From IMG/VR virus record IMGVR_UViG_2706796127_000001, positions 64,001 through 111,325 of that record: a stretch of 47,325 nucleotides of DNA. One strand, given 5' to 3'. Numbering within the stretch: the stretch's first letter is position 1; every line of letters starts with the position of its first letter. Source of the DNA: a virus (lineage: Duplodnaviria > Heunggongvirae > Uroviricota > Caudoviricetes > Demerecviridae). Both the position numbers and the translations under genes were made by a program. Under the pieces are notes generated by a model. The model was not told the origin of the DNA. It searched no databases and worked only from the letters and a program-made list of their open reading frames with translations. Shown here piece by piece: positions 19,120 through 27,043 of the stretch.

Positions 19120-20784
19120 TTATGCGAAAAATTTGCCGTTTTTAAAGTCAATCAAAGTGCGCTGGCCGTTTGCATAGGTAATTAAATGCGTTTGCGTCCA
19201 GCTTGACGCGCCAACGTTGTATCCCATATCCAGACTACCAGCGACGCCAGCGGTATAAACGCCGCCGTAAATGCTGGCGGTGTGGGTGTGCCCCGTGTTT
19301 AACTTGCCCAATTTCTTGAATTGCTTCGGATTGCCACGGCTGCCGTTAATGCCGTTGTGACCGTGTACACCGCACTCAATGCCTGCAATTTTAAATGATT
19401 GGTCAGTGGTCAGAAAAATCGCGTTAAACTCGCAACCTGCAACCGTACGCAGCGCATAATCTAGCACGTTGAAAGTATCATCCTGCCTTGCAATAGCTGC
19501 ATAGATAGCAGCATTAAGGCGGTGATACAGTTCGGCGTTGGCTGGATCGTCCTTAATGTTAGCATTACGATCATCAAGCCAACGAGAGAGCGCCAAATCG
19601 TGATTCGATTCGACAATGATCGTTTGACTAAAATCGCGCTCCATTGATTCTAGTACGCGCCCCGTATCGATCAAATCATCCATAACCTTATCACGTCCGG
19701 CTGCATACTGTTTCGCTAGGAATACACCAGACGCGCGGTTGTGGTGGTTGCGTGATGTAAAATCATGCACGTCATGCACAAACTGATATTTAGGCTTGAG
19801 AATATCAAGCAAGCTGTTTTCGCCAGCCCATGACGCTGCGGCGCACTCATCATCTAATTTTTCAGCGTGCACGTCGCCATATTGCAAGCCTAAAACATGC
19901 CCCGACGTTTCAAAACATCCGGCGGGGGTGGCGCAAATATTCAAATCGTAAAACATGCCGCTTTCGTCCATTGTTTCAAGCTGGCGCACAAAAAACTCAC
20001 CGTCTTCGTCGAACTCGACAATAAGCGCGCCGTAATTATGCAATGCTTCCGCTTTTTGCCCTGCTTTCTGCTGGATGTAGTTTTTAAGCGTTGCCGTTCC
20101 GGTTGAGTACATGCGGCGTACTACTTCACCTTTGAGAGCTGGCACGTTTTCGGCGGTAATTTTAGCGTGACCAATTGCCAGACCTTCAATATTTAGAGCC
20201 GTTGCAGTTTCTGCAAATCCAGATAGCGGATAATCTGCGGTGGGCAAAACATTAATTTCAGCCATGAAAGCGAAACGGCGGTTATTTAAAAACACGTTTT
20301 TGCTGCAAATATATTTATCAAACGCGGAATCATATTTGATTCCGTCTGCGCCTTCACCATTTTGAAAGCCGTTTTTATTATAAACATACTTAGAAACAAG
20401 CAAATCAGCGCCGCAAAATTTAGCATATTGTTCAAGTGAGGCTAAAAAGTTTTTATGCGGGAAAGTATTATTCTGAATCGATGTAATAATAAAGCGTTTA
20501 CCCTGTTTTACTTCCCACTGTTCCACCGTGCTGGAAATAATTCCAGCCGCCTCGGGGCGCTCGTCGTTTTTAATGGCTTTTGCTACTTTTGCCGTTTTCG
20601 GTTTCGCTGGTTTATTTGCTTCTAACCAATCACAAATCGCGGTAGAGTGTTTTGCAGTATCATAAACCGCTTTAGAAATATCGTCGCAGACTTCCAGCCG
20701 GGTGGCGCGTAGACGTTTACCGTAGAAATTAAAGTCAGCGGCCAGCTTCAGGATAACGGTTTGTTTTTCTGCGGAAATAATCAT
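19120..20784 (-). CDS. A1: A1 protein (host DNA degradation / second-step transfer); metallophosphoesterase-like C-terminal half
   Basis: Start moved to MIISAEKQ (554 aa); motifs GDVH, HDVHD, ESNHD, HGH, GHTH. Confidence 0.92.
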   Translation of the reverse strand: MIISAEKQTVILKLAADFNFYGKRLRATRLEVCDDISKAVYDTAKHSTAICDWLEANKPAKPKTAKVAKAIKNDERPEAAGIISSTVEQWEVKQGKRFIITSIQNNTFPHKNFLASLEQYAKFCGADLLVSKYVYNKNGFQNGEGADGIKYDSAFDKYICSKNVFLNNRRFAFMAEINVLPTADYPLSGFAETATALNIEGLAIGHAKITAENVPALKGEVVRRMYSTGTATLKNYIQQKAGQKAEALHNYGALIVEFDEDGEFFVRQLETMDESGMFYDLNICATPAGCFETSGHVLGLQYGDVHAEKLDDECAAASWAGENSLLDILKPKYQFVHDVHDFTSRNHHNRASGVFLAKQYAAGRDKVMDDLIDTGRVLESMERDFSQTIIVESNHDLALSRWLDDRNANIKDDPANAELYHRLNAAIYAAIARQDDTFNVLDYALRTVAGCEFNAIFLTTDQSFKIAGIECGVHGHNGINGSRGNPKQFKKLGKLNTGHTHTASIYGGVYTAGVAGSLDMGYNVGASSWTQTHLITYANGQRTLIDFKNGKFFA

Positions 20785-20880
20785 AGTAATAAACTCCATT
20801 AAAGGGATAAAAAACGTTTGTTATTGGCAAATGTTGCCAAATATAACGCCTCCAATAATAGGCGTTATAATTTGCAATAT

Positions 20881-21078
20881 TTAACTAATCGGCATCAGGC
20901 TTGAACTAACACCACAAACAACGGCGGCAATAAAACAAATCAGGCCCAAACGCTTCGCTAACTTAGATTTGCGTTTAAAATAATACGAATCTAAGTCATT
21001 TTGAAAATATGCGAACAATAACGAGGCCGCCACAATAAATAGGCCTAGAATGAGCGATTCAGTGGGGTAAAAGATCAT
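20881..21078 (-). CDS. Small two-helix membrane protein
   Basis: Start moved to MIFYPTES (65 aa, GGAG SD). Confidence 0.75.
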   Translation of the reverse strand: MIFYPTESLILGLFIVAASLLFAYFQNDLDSYYFKRKSKLAKRLGLICFIAAVVCGVSSSLMPIS

Positions 21079-21135
21079 TTTAATAACTCCAATTAAAGGG
21101 AAATTATAGTGGGGAATAATCCCCACTATTTAAAT

Positions 21136-21543
21136 TTATTCACCTGCGGCCTGTTTTACTTCATCGGCAACGCCTAACAACTGCGCCACGGCGTCCAGCG
21201 TTTCCAGTTTCGCGCTTTCAAGGCTTGCCAGATCATCGGCGTCCTTGATAATGCCGGAATCGATGGCATGTTTTGCAATTACTCGCACATAATGAGCTTT
21301 ACGGATTGAACTGCCGCCGCCAACTTTGCGCGGCTTGTCGCTTTTCTGATAGGCTTTCGCGCTGGTCAGTTTTGATCGAACGGATACGGGGGAGGCCGCG
21401 CCTACTGCCTTTGCAATCTCTTTCAGGCCGTCGCTATTTGCAAAATCTAAACCGTTTTCGCTGATTAGTTGCTGATACATGGTAACAGCTTTTTGGGTGT
21501 TTTCTTCATTCCATGAGAATTTTGCGGTTTTTGCGTTAGTCAT
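21136..21543 (-). CDS. A2: A2 DNA-binding protein (second-step transfer)
   Basis: 135 aa MTNAKTAKFSWNEENTQKAV..., recognised as T5 A2. Confidence 0.9.
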   Translation of the reverse strand: MTNAKTAKFSWNEENTQKAVTMYQQLISENGLDFANSDGLKEIAKAVGAASPVSVRSKLTSAKAYQKSDKPRKVGGGSSIRKAHYVRVIAKHAIDSGIIKDADDLASLESAKLETLDAVAQLLGVADEVKQAAGE

Positions 21544-21642
21544 AATATAAACTCCAATTAATTTAATTTAAGGGATTAGATTAACATTAATGTTAATCGT
21601 TATATTCCCCATACTTCAGGGGAATATAAAGTTAACACTAAT

Positions 21643-21894
21643 TTATAATACAGCTTCCCATTTTTCGTTACGTTGAACAACCTTTACAACGTCGCCGGAT
21701 TTAACGCGAACGCTAAAAACGGTTTTTCCGTTGTTACTGCGCTCATTTTCAGCGTATACCGCGTCGATTGTATCAAACGGCATAAGCGCCGCGCCTTTAA
21801 TACGTTCGGCTTTTCCGGTTAATTCATCCGTTTTAGTAACGAAAGGAATGAAAACGGATTGACCAATTTTAGGCGCGGTAATAACGTTTTTCAT
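21643..21894 (-). CDS. Pre-early hypothetical protein
   Basis: 83 aa, GGAG SD. Confidence 0.8.
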   Translation of the reverse strand: MKNVITAPKIGQSVFIPFVTKTDELTGKAERIKGAALMPFDTIDAVYAENERSNNGKTVFSVRVKSGDVVKVVQRNEKWEAVL

Positions 21895-22098
21895 GGTATA
21901 AACTCCAAGTTATTTAGGGGATTGTTCCGCATTACCTGCTAGAAAATAACAGGTAATAAGAAAAAATCCGCTCGCCATTATAAAATCAATTTAAGGAACT
22001 CCACAAGGGCCGCTATATCCCGTTAGGGGGCGGGGCACATTCTGGCAAGTACCGGCCGTCAAATTGTATCAAGTTATCGCTCTTATCGAACTGGGTAC

Positions 22099-22127
22099 AT
22101 CTTAAAGCCTATCGGCTAGGTTGTCAA
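22099..22127 (-). promoter_or_regulatory. Strong pre-early promoter for the A2-A1-dmp operon
   Basis: TTGACA-17 bp-TAAGAT. Confidence 0.8.
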
Positions 22128-22327
22128 ACTATTTTTTGCAGTTTTTTATGATTTTCTTTCAGGTCAATCATAATATTTCGCCAGATCATTTCCAGACCTT
22201 GCTGGCGGCCTTTCTTGTACTGCTTAAATCGATATTTTACCGATCTTTGCGCTACTGTCAACAAATTTTTTGTTTTGCTGTCCAGTGCCTTGCTAGGTTT
22301 ACCAGTGATCAATAAAGTTTGTTTCAT
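22124..22327 (-). CDS. Basic pre-early hypothetical protein
   Basis: 67 aa, Lys-rich, AAGGA SD. Confidence 0.7.
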   Translation of the reverse strand: MKQTLLITGKPSKALDSKTKNLLTVAQRSVKYRFKQYKKGRQQGLEMIWRNIMIDLKENHKKLQKIV

Positions 22328-22339
22328 ATCGTCGATTCC

Positions 22340-22432
22340 TTATAATGTAATAAGTTTGTCGCCGATAGGCTTTAAGATATACCCAATTTTTAAAGAGCGC
22401 GGCGGGAAGTTTACCGCCGTGTAGTTCGTCAT
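22340..22432 (-). CDS. Possible 30-aa ORF
   Basis: MTNYTAVNFPPRSLKIGYILKPIGDKLITL; ATGA overlap with the upstream ORF. Confidence 0.35.
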   Translation of the reverse strand: MTNYTAVNFPPRSLKIGYILKPIGDKLITL

Positions 22433-22614
22433 TGCCGCCCTACGAGATAAATAATAACAAACAACGAAAAAGCCGCAACCTTATTTTTGTAAAGAAATGT
22501 AAAGACAAGTGCCACCGGACACCATGCGGCGACCTGGGCGCGGCGCATTAAAGTTAAAAGAAACGGGCGCGCGAATACCACAAAACATAGCAGATAGGCA
22601 AGTAATTTTTTCAT
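22429..22614 (-). CDS. Possible hydrophobic/membrane protein
   Basis: 61 aa with signal-peptide-like start MKKLLAYLLCFVVFA. Confidence 0.4.
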   Translation of the reverse strand: MKKLLAYLLCFVVFARPFLLTLMRRAQVAAWCPVALVFTFLYKNKVAAFSLFVIIYLVGRQ

Positions 22615-22839
22615 TTATATTTGCTTTCCCCTACTTGACAAAATCTAAAAAGCTCGTGGCAGCGATAAACGGCTTATCCCCTTATGATGGGATGGCTAAA
22701 AACTTTATCGCGTTCTAGGGCGTTTTAGGCCGCCTATTTTCGATTTAACAAATCATTAACAAAAGCAAAATTGAAAAATAGTTAGAAAAGGTCTTGACTT
22801 TTAAAAATCAAGATCAAATGACTTATTTTATAAAATAAA

Positions 22840-23358
22840 TTAATTGACAATTCCAAATTCAGCTTTTTTAATTTCAAGCCATAATAATAACTCTTGTAAA
22901 TCATAACCTGACTTACTAACACGTTTGTTAGTAATAGGATTCTTAATCTGAGCAGTCAAATAGTCACGCCCGTAAGTATCACGGGGGCGAATTTTATTAA
23001 CGTAAATGTTTCTAGGGATACCATTAGCACGCTTACAGTTTTCATACTCACTAGGAGTACGATTATAGTTATTCTGGGAACTATCAACCGCGCGAAGATT
23101 CCAAATGTTATTATTACGGGGGTTACGATCAATATGATCAATCATTAGCTCGCTATCTATACCGCCATTCATTATACAAAAAATAATTCTATGTACTTTG
23201 AATTGTCCTTTATCTAATAATTCAACTTGCCAATAATTACCATTTAAACCACCTGCGATGGCGTGATCTTCTCGCCACCGTAAAAACGATAACGATGTTT
23301 CATCATAATAAAAGTAACTATTAAAAAGGTCATAATCTATATCTTTATATTTAGGCAT
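22840..23358 (-). CDS. HNH homing endonuclease in the pre-early region
   Basis: KVHRIIF...IDHIDRNPRNNNIWNLR; preceded by an extended -10 (TGATATAAT, 23398-23406). Confidence 0.88.
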   Translation of the reverse strand: MPKYKDIDYDLFNSYFYYDETSLSFLRWREDHAIAGGLNGNYWQVELLDKGQFKVHRIIFCIMNGGIDSELMIDHIDRNPRNNNIWNLRAVDSSQNNYNRTPSEYENCKRANGIPRNIYVNKIRPRDTYGRDYLTAQIKNPITNKRVSKSGYDLQELLLWLEIKKAEFGIVN

Positions 23359-23541
23359 CTAATTGTTTCCTTATGTTATTAATTTAATCTCTATTATATT
23401 ATATCAAAATGATTAGCAGACTAGCTAATGAGTTTTTCAGGTTTAATTAGCCGACTCATAATCACTCTAAAAACCTATTAGCCAACTAACTATATTTTAC
23501 GATATAATAACTACATAAATTAGTTAGTGAGAACTACTATC

Positions 23542-23656
23542 ATTTAAGTTATCCACAAAGTTATCCCCAGCACTTTTTGACTTGACACAATAGGCGGCGA
23601 TATGAGGGCTTTTACACAGACTTATCCACAGGTTATCCTACTGTATAAATATACAG
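23542..23656 (+). promoter_or_regulatory. Module of 4 DnaA-box-like sites plus a LexA (SOS) box, left copy
   Basis: TTATCCACA at 23549 and 23622, variants at 23561 and 23633; CTGTATAAATATACAG at 23641-23656. Confidence 0.8.
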
Positions 23657-23931
23657 GGTAAAAAGGCAGTGTTAACAACTGCAATCAATTTTAGGCCGCC
23701 TAAAACGCTTTCTAACGAGCTAAACGCTGCGGGGCAATATTAAAGTAAAGACCCAACACGGCGGCCAGGTGGATTCAGTGCGGCGGCCTGGTGGCTTCGC
23801 CGTGTTTTGTCCCGCAGCGGTTATCATAAAAATAGGCGTTAGGCAAGGAAAATAAAAAAGTAAAATAATCTTTGCCTATGCTAGAAAATTACCCTTATCA
23901 TTCACTCACCGATTAACGAGGGGGCCAACAA

Positions 23932-24918
23932 ATGCGGCTATATAAACCAGATAACGCAACCGTCTTAAAAGGTGCGCTGCGTAACCTGCTGGATGGTAGC
24001 AGAACAACCAGCATTAAGCATTTTGTTTTCAATATTGAAACTATTCATCAAAACTTTTTTGATGATTATGATGCTTATAATATGAATAGTTTTCTACCGT
24101 TATATAAGCAAGGGGCAACGCTTGTTTTGTATAATCAGGATTATCAATTGCTCACTAGTCGGGGGCCGGATACTGATTTCATAATCGTAAAAGGCAACAC
24201 AGTAAAAGCCTATGATACTGGGGCGGGCTTAGAAGTTTTTTCAATAGAAAACTATGAGGCCAATGATAATGATCTTTATGACGTAGAAAATTTTCTCGAT
24301 TCATTTTGGCGTTATTTATCAGTTGGCTGGAATCGGTCGGATTCTGATGGGTATCGTTTTGCGGCTATAATGGCCTTTGATGATAACGGTAATTTTTTGC
24401 TACCGTCGGAGTTATATAATCGGGTATATGAAGGCGATATTGTTGACGCCGGATTTTCTTTCGAAAGGGAAGAAAGTATTGGCAATATAGAAAAACATGC
24501 TGTAAATTCTAACACTAAAAACGTTCACGCTCAAACTACTGAAAACAAAGGAAAAAACACCATGACCAAGATCGCCAATATCGTTGCCGCCAATAAATCC
24601 GCTGCTGTAAATGCTGCAAAACTGGAAGCGGGTAAAATTGCACTGACTCAAATTACGAAAGTAGCGGCTAAAAAAGCGCCCTTCATGATTAAAGGCTATA
24701 TTGATACGCCGATTGGTCGCGTAGTGATCGCTAACCTGCTGAGTGTAGCGGTTGACCAGTACGCCCCAAGTAACCAGAAAGCGAAAGCGGTAGCAAGCGC
24801 GGCTATGGAAGCGGCAATGTTAGAAATGGTGCAAAGTTTTAACATCGCTGAGATGATCGATGAAATGGTAAAAGGTATCGATATTTCTACTTTTACCGTT
24901 AACAACGAAAGCGAGTAA
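23932..24918 (+). CDS. Pre-early hypothetical protein with possible internal start
   Basis: 328 aa; Ala-rich C-terminal third starts at in-frame ATG 24562. Confidence 0.8.
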   Translation: MRLYKPDNATVLKGALRNLLDGSRTTSIKHFVFNIETIHQNFFDDYDAYNMNSFLPLYKQGATLVLYNQDYQLLTSRGPDTDFIIVKGNTVKAYDTGAGLEVFSIENYEANDNDLYDVENFLDSFWRYLSVGWNRSDSDGYRFAAIMAFDDNGNFLLPSELYNRVYEGDIVDAGFSFEREESIGNIEKHAVNSNTKNVHAQTTENKGKNTMTKIANIVAANKSAAVNAAKLEAGKIALTQITKVAAKKAPFMIKGYIDTPIGRVVIANLLSVAVDQYAPSNQKAKAVASAAMEAAMLEMVQSFNIAEMIDEMVKGIDISTFTVNNESE

Positions 24919-24944
24919 TAGCTAACCTAATGTAAAGTTTTGTA

Positions 24945-24972
24945 AAGGTCGCCTTTTATGGCGGCCTTTTTT
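24945..24972 (+). terminator. Intrinsic terminator overlapping an extended -10 promoter
   Basis: AAGGTCGCC/GGCGGCCTT stem plus T run, then TGTTATAAT. Confidence 0.7.
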
Positions 24973-25036
24973 GTTATAATGCCTTTACACCGTTTGAGGA
25001 CGGTTGAAAATTTTCCCAAAAATTTGGAGGCTTAAA

Positions 25037-25267
25037 ATGGTTGCTTTTTCTTCTTCTGACGCTCTTTTCACTGGTAAAGGCTGGGTATCAAATCGCTGGA
25101 TTATTCAAGAAATGGTGCAAGAATACGGCATTGCTAAAACTTATAACACCATACAGGCGCTTTATGATAATGATCAAATCGATCAGCAAACGGCGGGCTT
25201 TTTATTGGATACCCTGAAGGCGGAACACTGTACCAAAAAACAAGCGGCAAAAATTATTTTAATGTAA
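25037..25267 (+). CDS. Pre-early hypothetical protein
   Basis: Start moved to MVAFSS behind GGAGG (76 aa). Confidence 0.75.
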   Translation: MVAFSSSDALFTGKGWVSNRWIIQEMVQEYGIAKTYNTIQALYDNDQIDQQTAGFLLDTLKAEHCTKKQAAKIILM

Positions 25268-25316
25268 TTAATAACGGGGCGTTAGTTTCGCCCCACTAAC
25301 TAGGGGAGTATTACAA

Positions 25317-25466
25317 ATGATTATTTTTCGAGCTATTCTGGCGGGTATCTTGGGCGCTATTTTATCTTTGTTTGCAATAGCTTTCGACGTTCACGCGGTT
25401 ATTATTGGCGCGGGTATCGCTGTATTTTCTTATCTGCTGGGCTGCATGACTAGTAAAGGAGAATAA
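25317..25466 (+). CDS. Small two-helix membrane protein, 49 aa
   Basis: MIIFRAILAGILGAILSLFAIAFDVHAVIIGAGIAVFSYLLGCMTSKGE; GGGGAG SD; below the ORF-track cutoff. Confidence 0.75.
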   Translation: MIIFRAILAGILGAILSLFAIAFDVHAVIIGAGIAVFSYLLGCMTSKGE

Positions 25467-25469
25467 AAA

Positions 25470-25682
25470 ATGATCCGCAACGTTTCTCTTGCACGTTCGA
25501 AAGGCTTTAAGCTGGTGGATGCTAACACGTTCGAGCGTCCAGATTGTAAAATCGAATATGTAGCACGTAATAAAAATGCCTTTCGTGTTACTGAAAAGAA
25601 ATTCGATAAGCGCGGCAACGTGATCACTGAAACGGTTAAATACTTTGCCACCTTTTACGCGGCCTTTCGTGGGGTGTTATAA
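25470..25682 (+). CDS. Pre-early hypothetical protein
   Basis: 70 aa, AAGGAG SD. Confidence 0.8.
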   Translation: MIRNVSLARSKGFKLVDANTFERPDCKIEYVARNKNAFRVTEKKFDKRGNVITETVKYFATFYAAFRGVL

Positions 25683-25683
25683 A

Positions 25684-26028
25684 ATGGTTATTTATGAGGG
25701 CAACCGTTTTGTTGCTAACTGCCTCCCGGCATTATTAGCAAACTATTTAAATCAGCTTTCGCCAACATATAAGGGCGTTATTAATATTTATGAGGGCAAG
25801 GCGCATTATAAAATCAATGCGGTCGTTGCCCGTGAACTAGCGTTTCAATTTTTAACCTTTGCATCTTGCGACGTTCAGGTTATGGGTGAGGCATTAATCG
25901 CAGAAAATGCAGACGATTTTATTAATATTTTCCGCAAGGTGTGCACCGAGCGCCTGATAATGAAAGGCGCATATATTCAATCCACGGCTGATAGTATTGA
26001 AACAGCGTTTCGAAAGGTGGCGCAATGA
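25684..26028 (+). CDS. Pre-early hypothetical protein
   Basis: Start moved to MVIYEGNRF (114 aa). Confidence 0.75.
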   Translation: MVIYEGNRFVANCLPALLANYLNQLSPTYKGVINIYEGKAHYKINAVVARELAFQFLTFASCDVQVMGEALIAENADDFINIFRKVCTERLIMKGAYIQSTADSIETAFRKVAQ

Positions 26029-26288
26029 TTAATCACGGTAATGGTATTTTTACAGTTAGGGGATTGACTGAAGCGCATGATGCAATGTCTGTACGCGCTA
26101 GGGAATTGGGGGCGCAAAACATACCACTAGAAAAGATCCTGGTTGCTATTCGTGGTTGGGCGTATGCTTTGAAAAAATCCCATAAGTCAATTTATATTAA
26201 CAATACTGCGCACATTACATTTTTAGCGGAGGGTGCTGGGCAATTAGAAAACACCGCTATAATTATCACTGATAGCGTGTATGAATAA
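26025..26288 (+). CDS. Hypothetical protein bracketed by 13-bp direct repeats
   Basis: 87 aa; AAGGTGGCGCAAT at 26014-26026 and 26287-26299. Confidence 0.7.
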   Translation: MINHGNGIFTVRGLTEAHDAMSVRARELGAQNIPLEKILVAIRGWAYALKKSHKSIYINNTAHITFLAEGAGQLENTAIIITDSVYE

Positions 26289-26349
26289 GGTGGCGCAATA
26301 AGGTTATATAGTAACGGGGCGCAACTATCCGGAAGTGCCCCCAATTTTC

Positions 26350-26370
26350 AAATGAGAATGATTCTCATTT
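26350..26370. promoter_or_regulatory. Perfect palindromic Fur-box-like site
   Basis: AAATGAGAAT-G-ATTCTCATTT. Confidence 0.7.
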
Positions 26371-26566
26371 GACCGCGCCCGCGATGGTTAGCCCGCTAAT
26401 GGTTAGGGTGTTACGTGTCGCCTTGTGTGATCGTTAGCGGGCTAACTAATTTTCAAGCCTCCTCCAATTTTGCCCTTGTTTTAGTACCCCCAACAAAATT
26501 AAACGCGTTAGAATGCGTTTGAGAGCGTTTTAACGGTATATTAGAATTATTCACTGCGTAGGAATA

Positions 26567-26681
26567 CTGTATATTTATACAGTAGGATAAGCTGTGGATA
26601 AGTCTGTTAATAACGCCTCAAAATGGCTAGAATTTTGTCAAGTCAAATCGTGCTGTTGATAAGTCTGTGGATAACTTAAAT
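26567..26681 (-). promoter_or_regulatory. LexA box plus 4 DnaA-box-like sites, inverted right copy
   Basis: TACTGTATATTTATACAGTA at 26565-26584; TGTGGATAA at 26593 and 26666; TGTTGATAA at 26654. Confidence 0.8.
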
Positions 26682-26699
26682 AACAGTGTTTCTCACTTC

Positions 26700-26985
26700 C
26701 ATTCTTAAATGCGAATCATTATCATTTGCATTCCACTTTCTAAATGAGAATCGTTTCACTTTTTAAATGAGAATCATTCCATTTCCTGAATAATTTTCGT
26801 TTCACTTTCTAAATGATAAGCGTTATCATTTGCATTCCACTTTCTAAATGAGAATCATTCCACTTTCTAAATGAGAAGCATTCCGCTTTTTAAATGAGAG
26901 TGATTCTCATTCCACTTTCTAAATGCGAATTATTATCATTCTCATTCCGCTTTTTGAATGAGAATGATTCTTATTATCATTCGTA
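26700..26985. repeat. Tandem array of ~9 Fur-box-like repeats in the injection-stop region
   Basis: Units AAATG(A/C)GAAT(C/G)ATT(A/C)TCATT joined by TTCCACTTTCT linkers. Confidence 0.85.
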
Positions 26986-26988
26986 TTT

Positions 26989-27012
26989 AGCGCAGGGCAA
27001 TTGCCCTGCGCT
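26989..27012. repeat. Perfect 24-bp palindrome carrying the T5 nick-site motif on both strands
   Basis: AGCGCAGGGCAATTGCCCTGCGCT. Confidence 0.9.
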
Positions 27013-27043
27013 TTTGTGCAAATCCGACATTGCTCCACGGGTG

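Noticed and set aside
23578-23610. TTGACA hexamers inside the DnaA/LexA modules (also 26636-26641) as promoters
   Set aside because: No -10 element at 16-18 bp spacing in either copy
26700-26985. Possible CRISPR array
   Set aside because: Repeats are degenerate and nearly abutting with no unique spacers, and no cas genes are present
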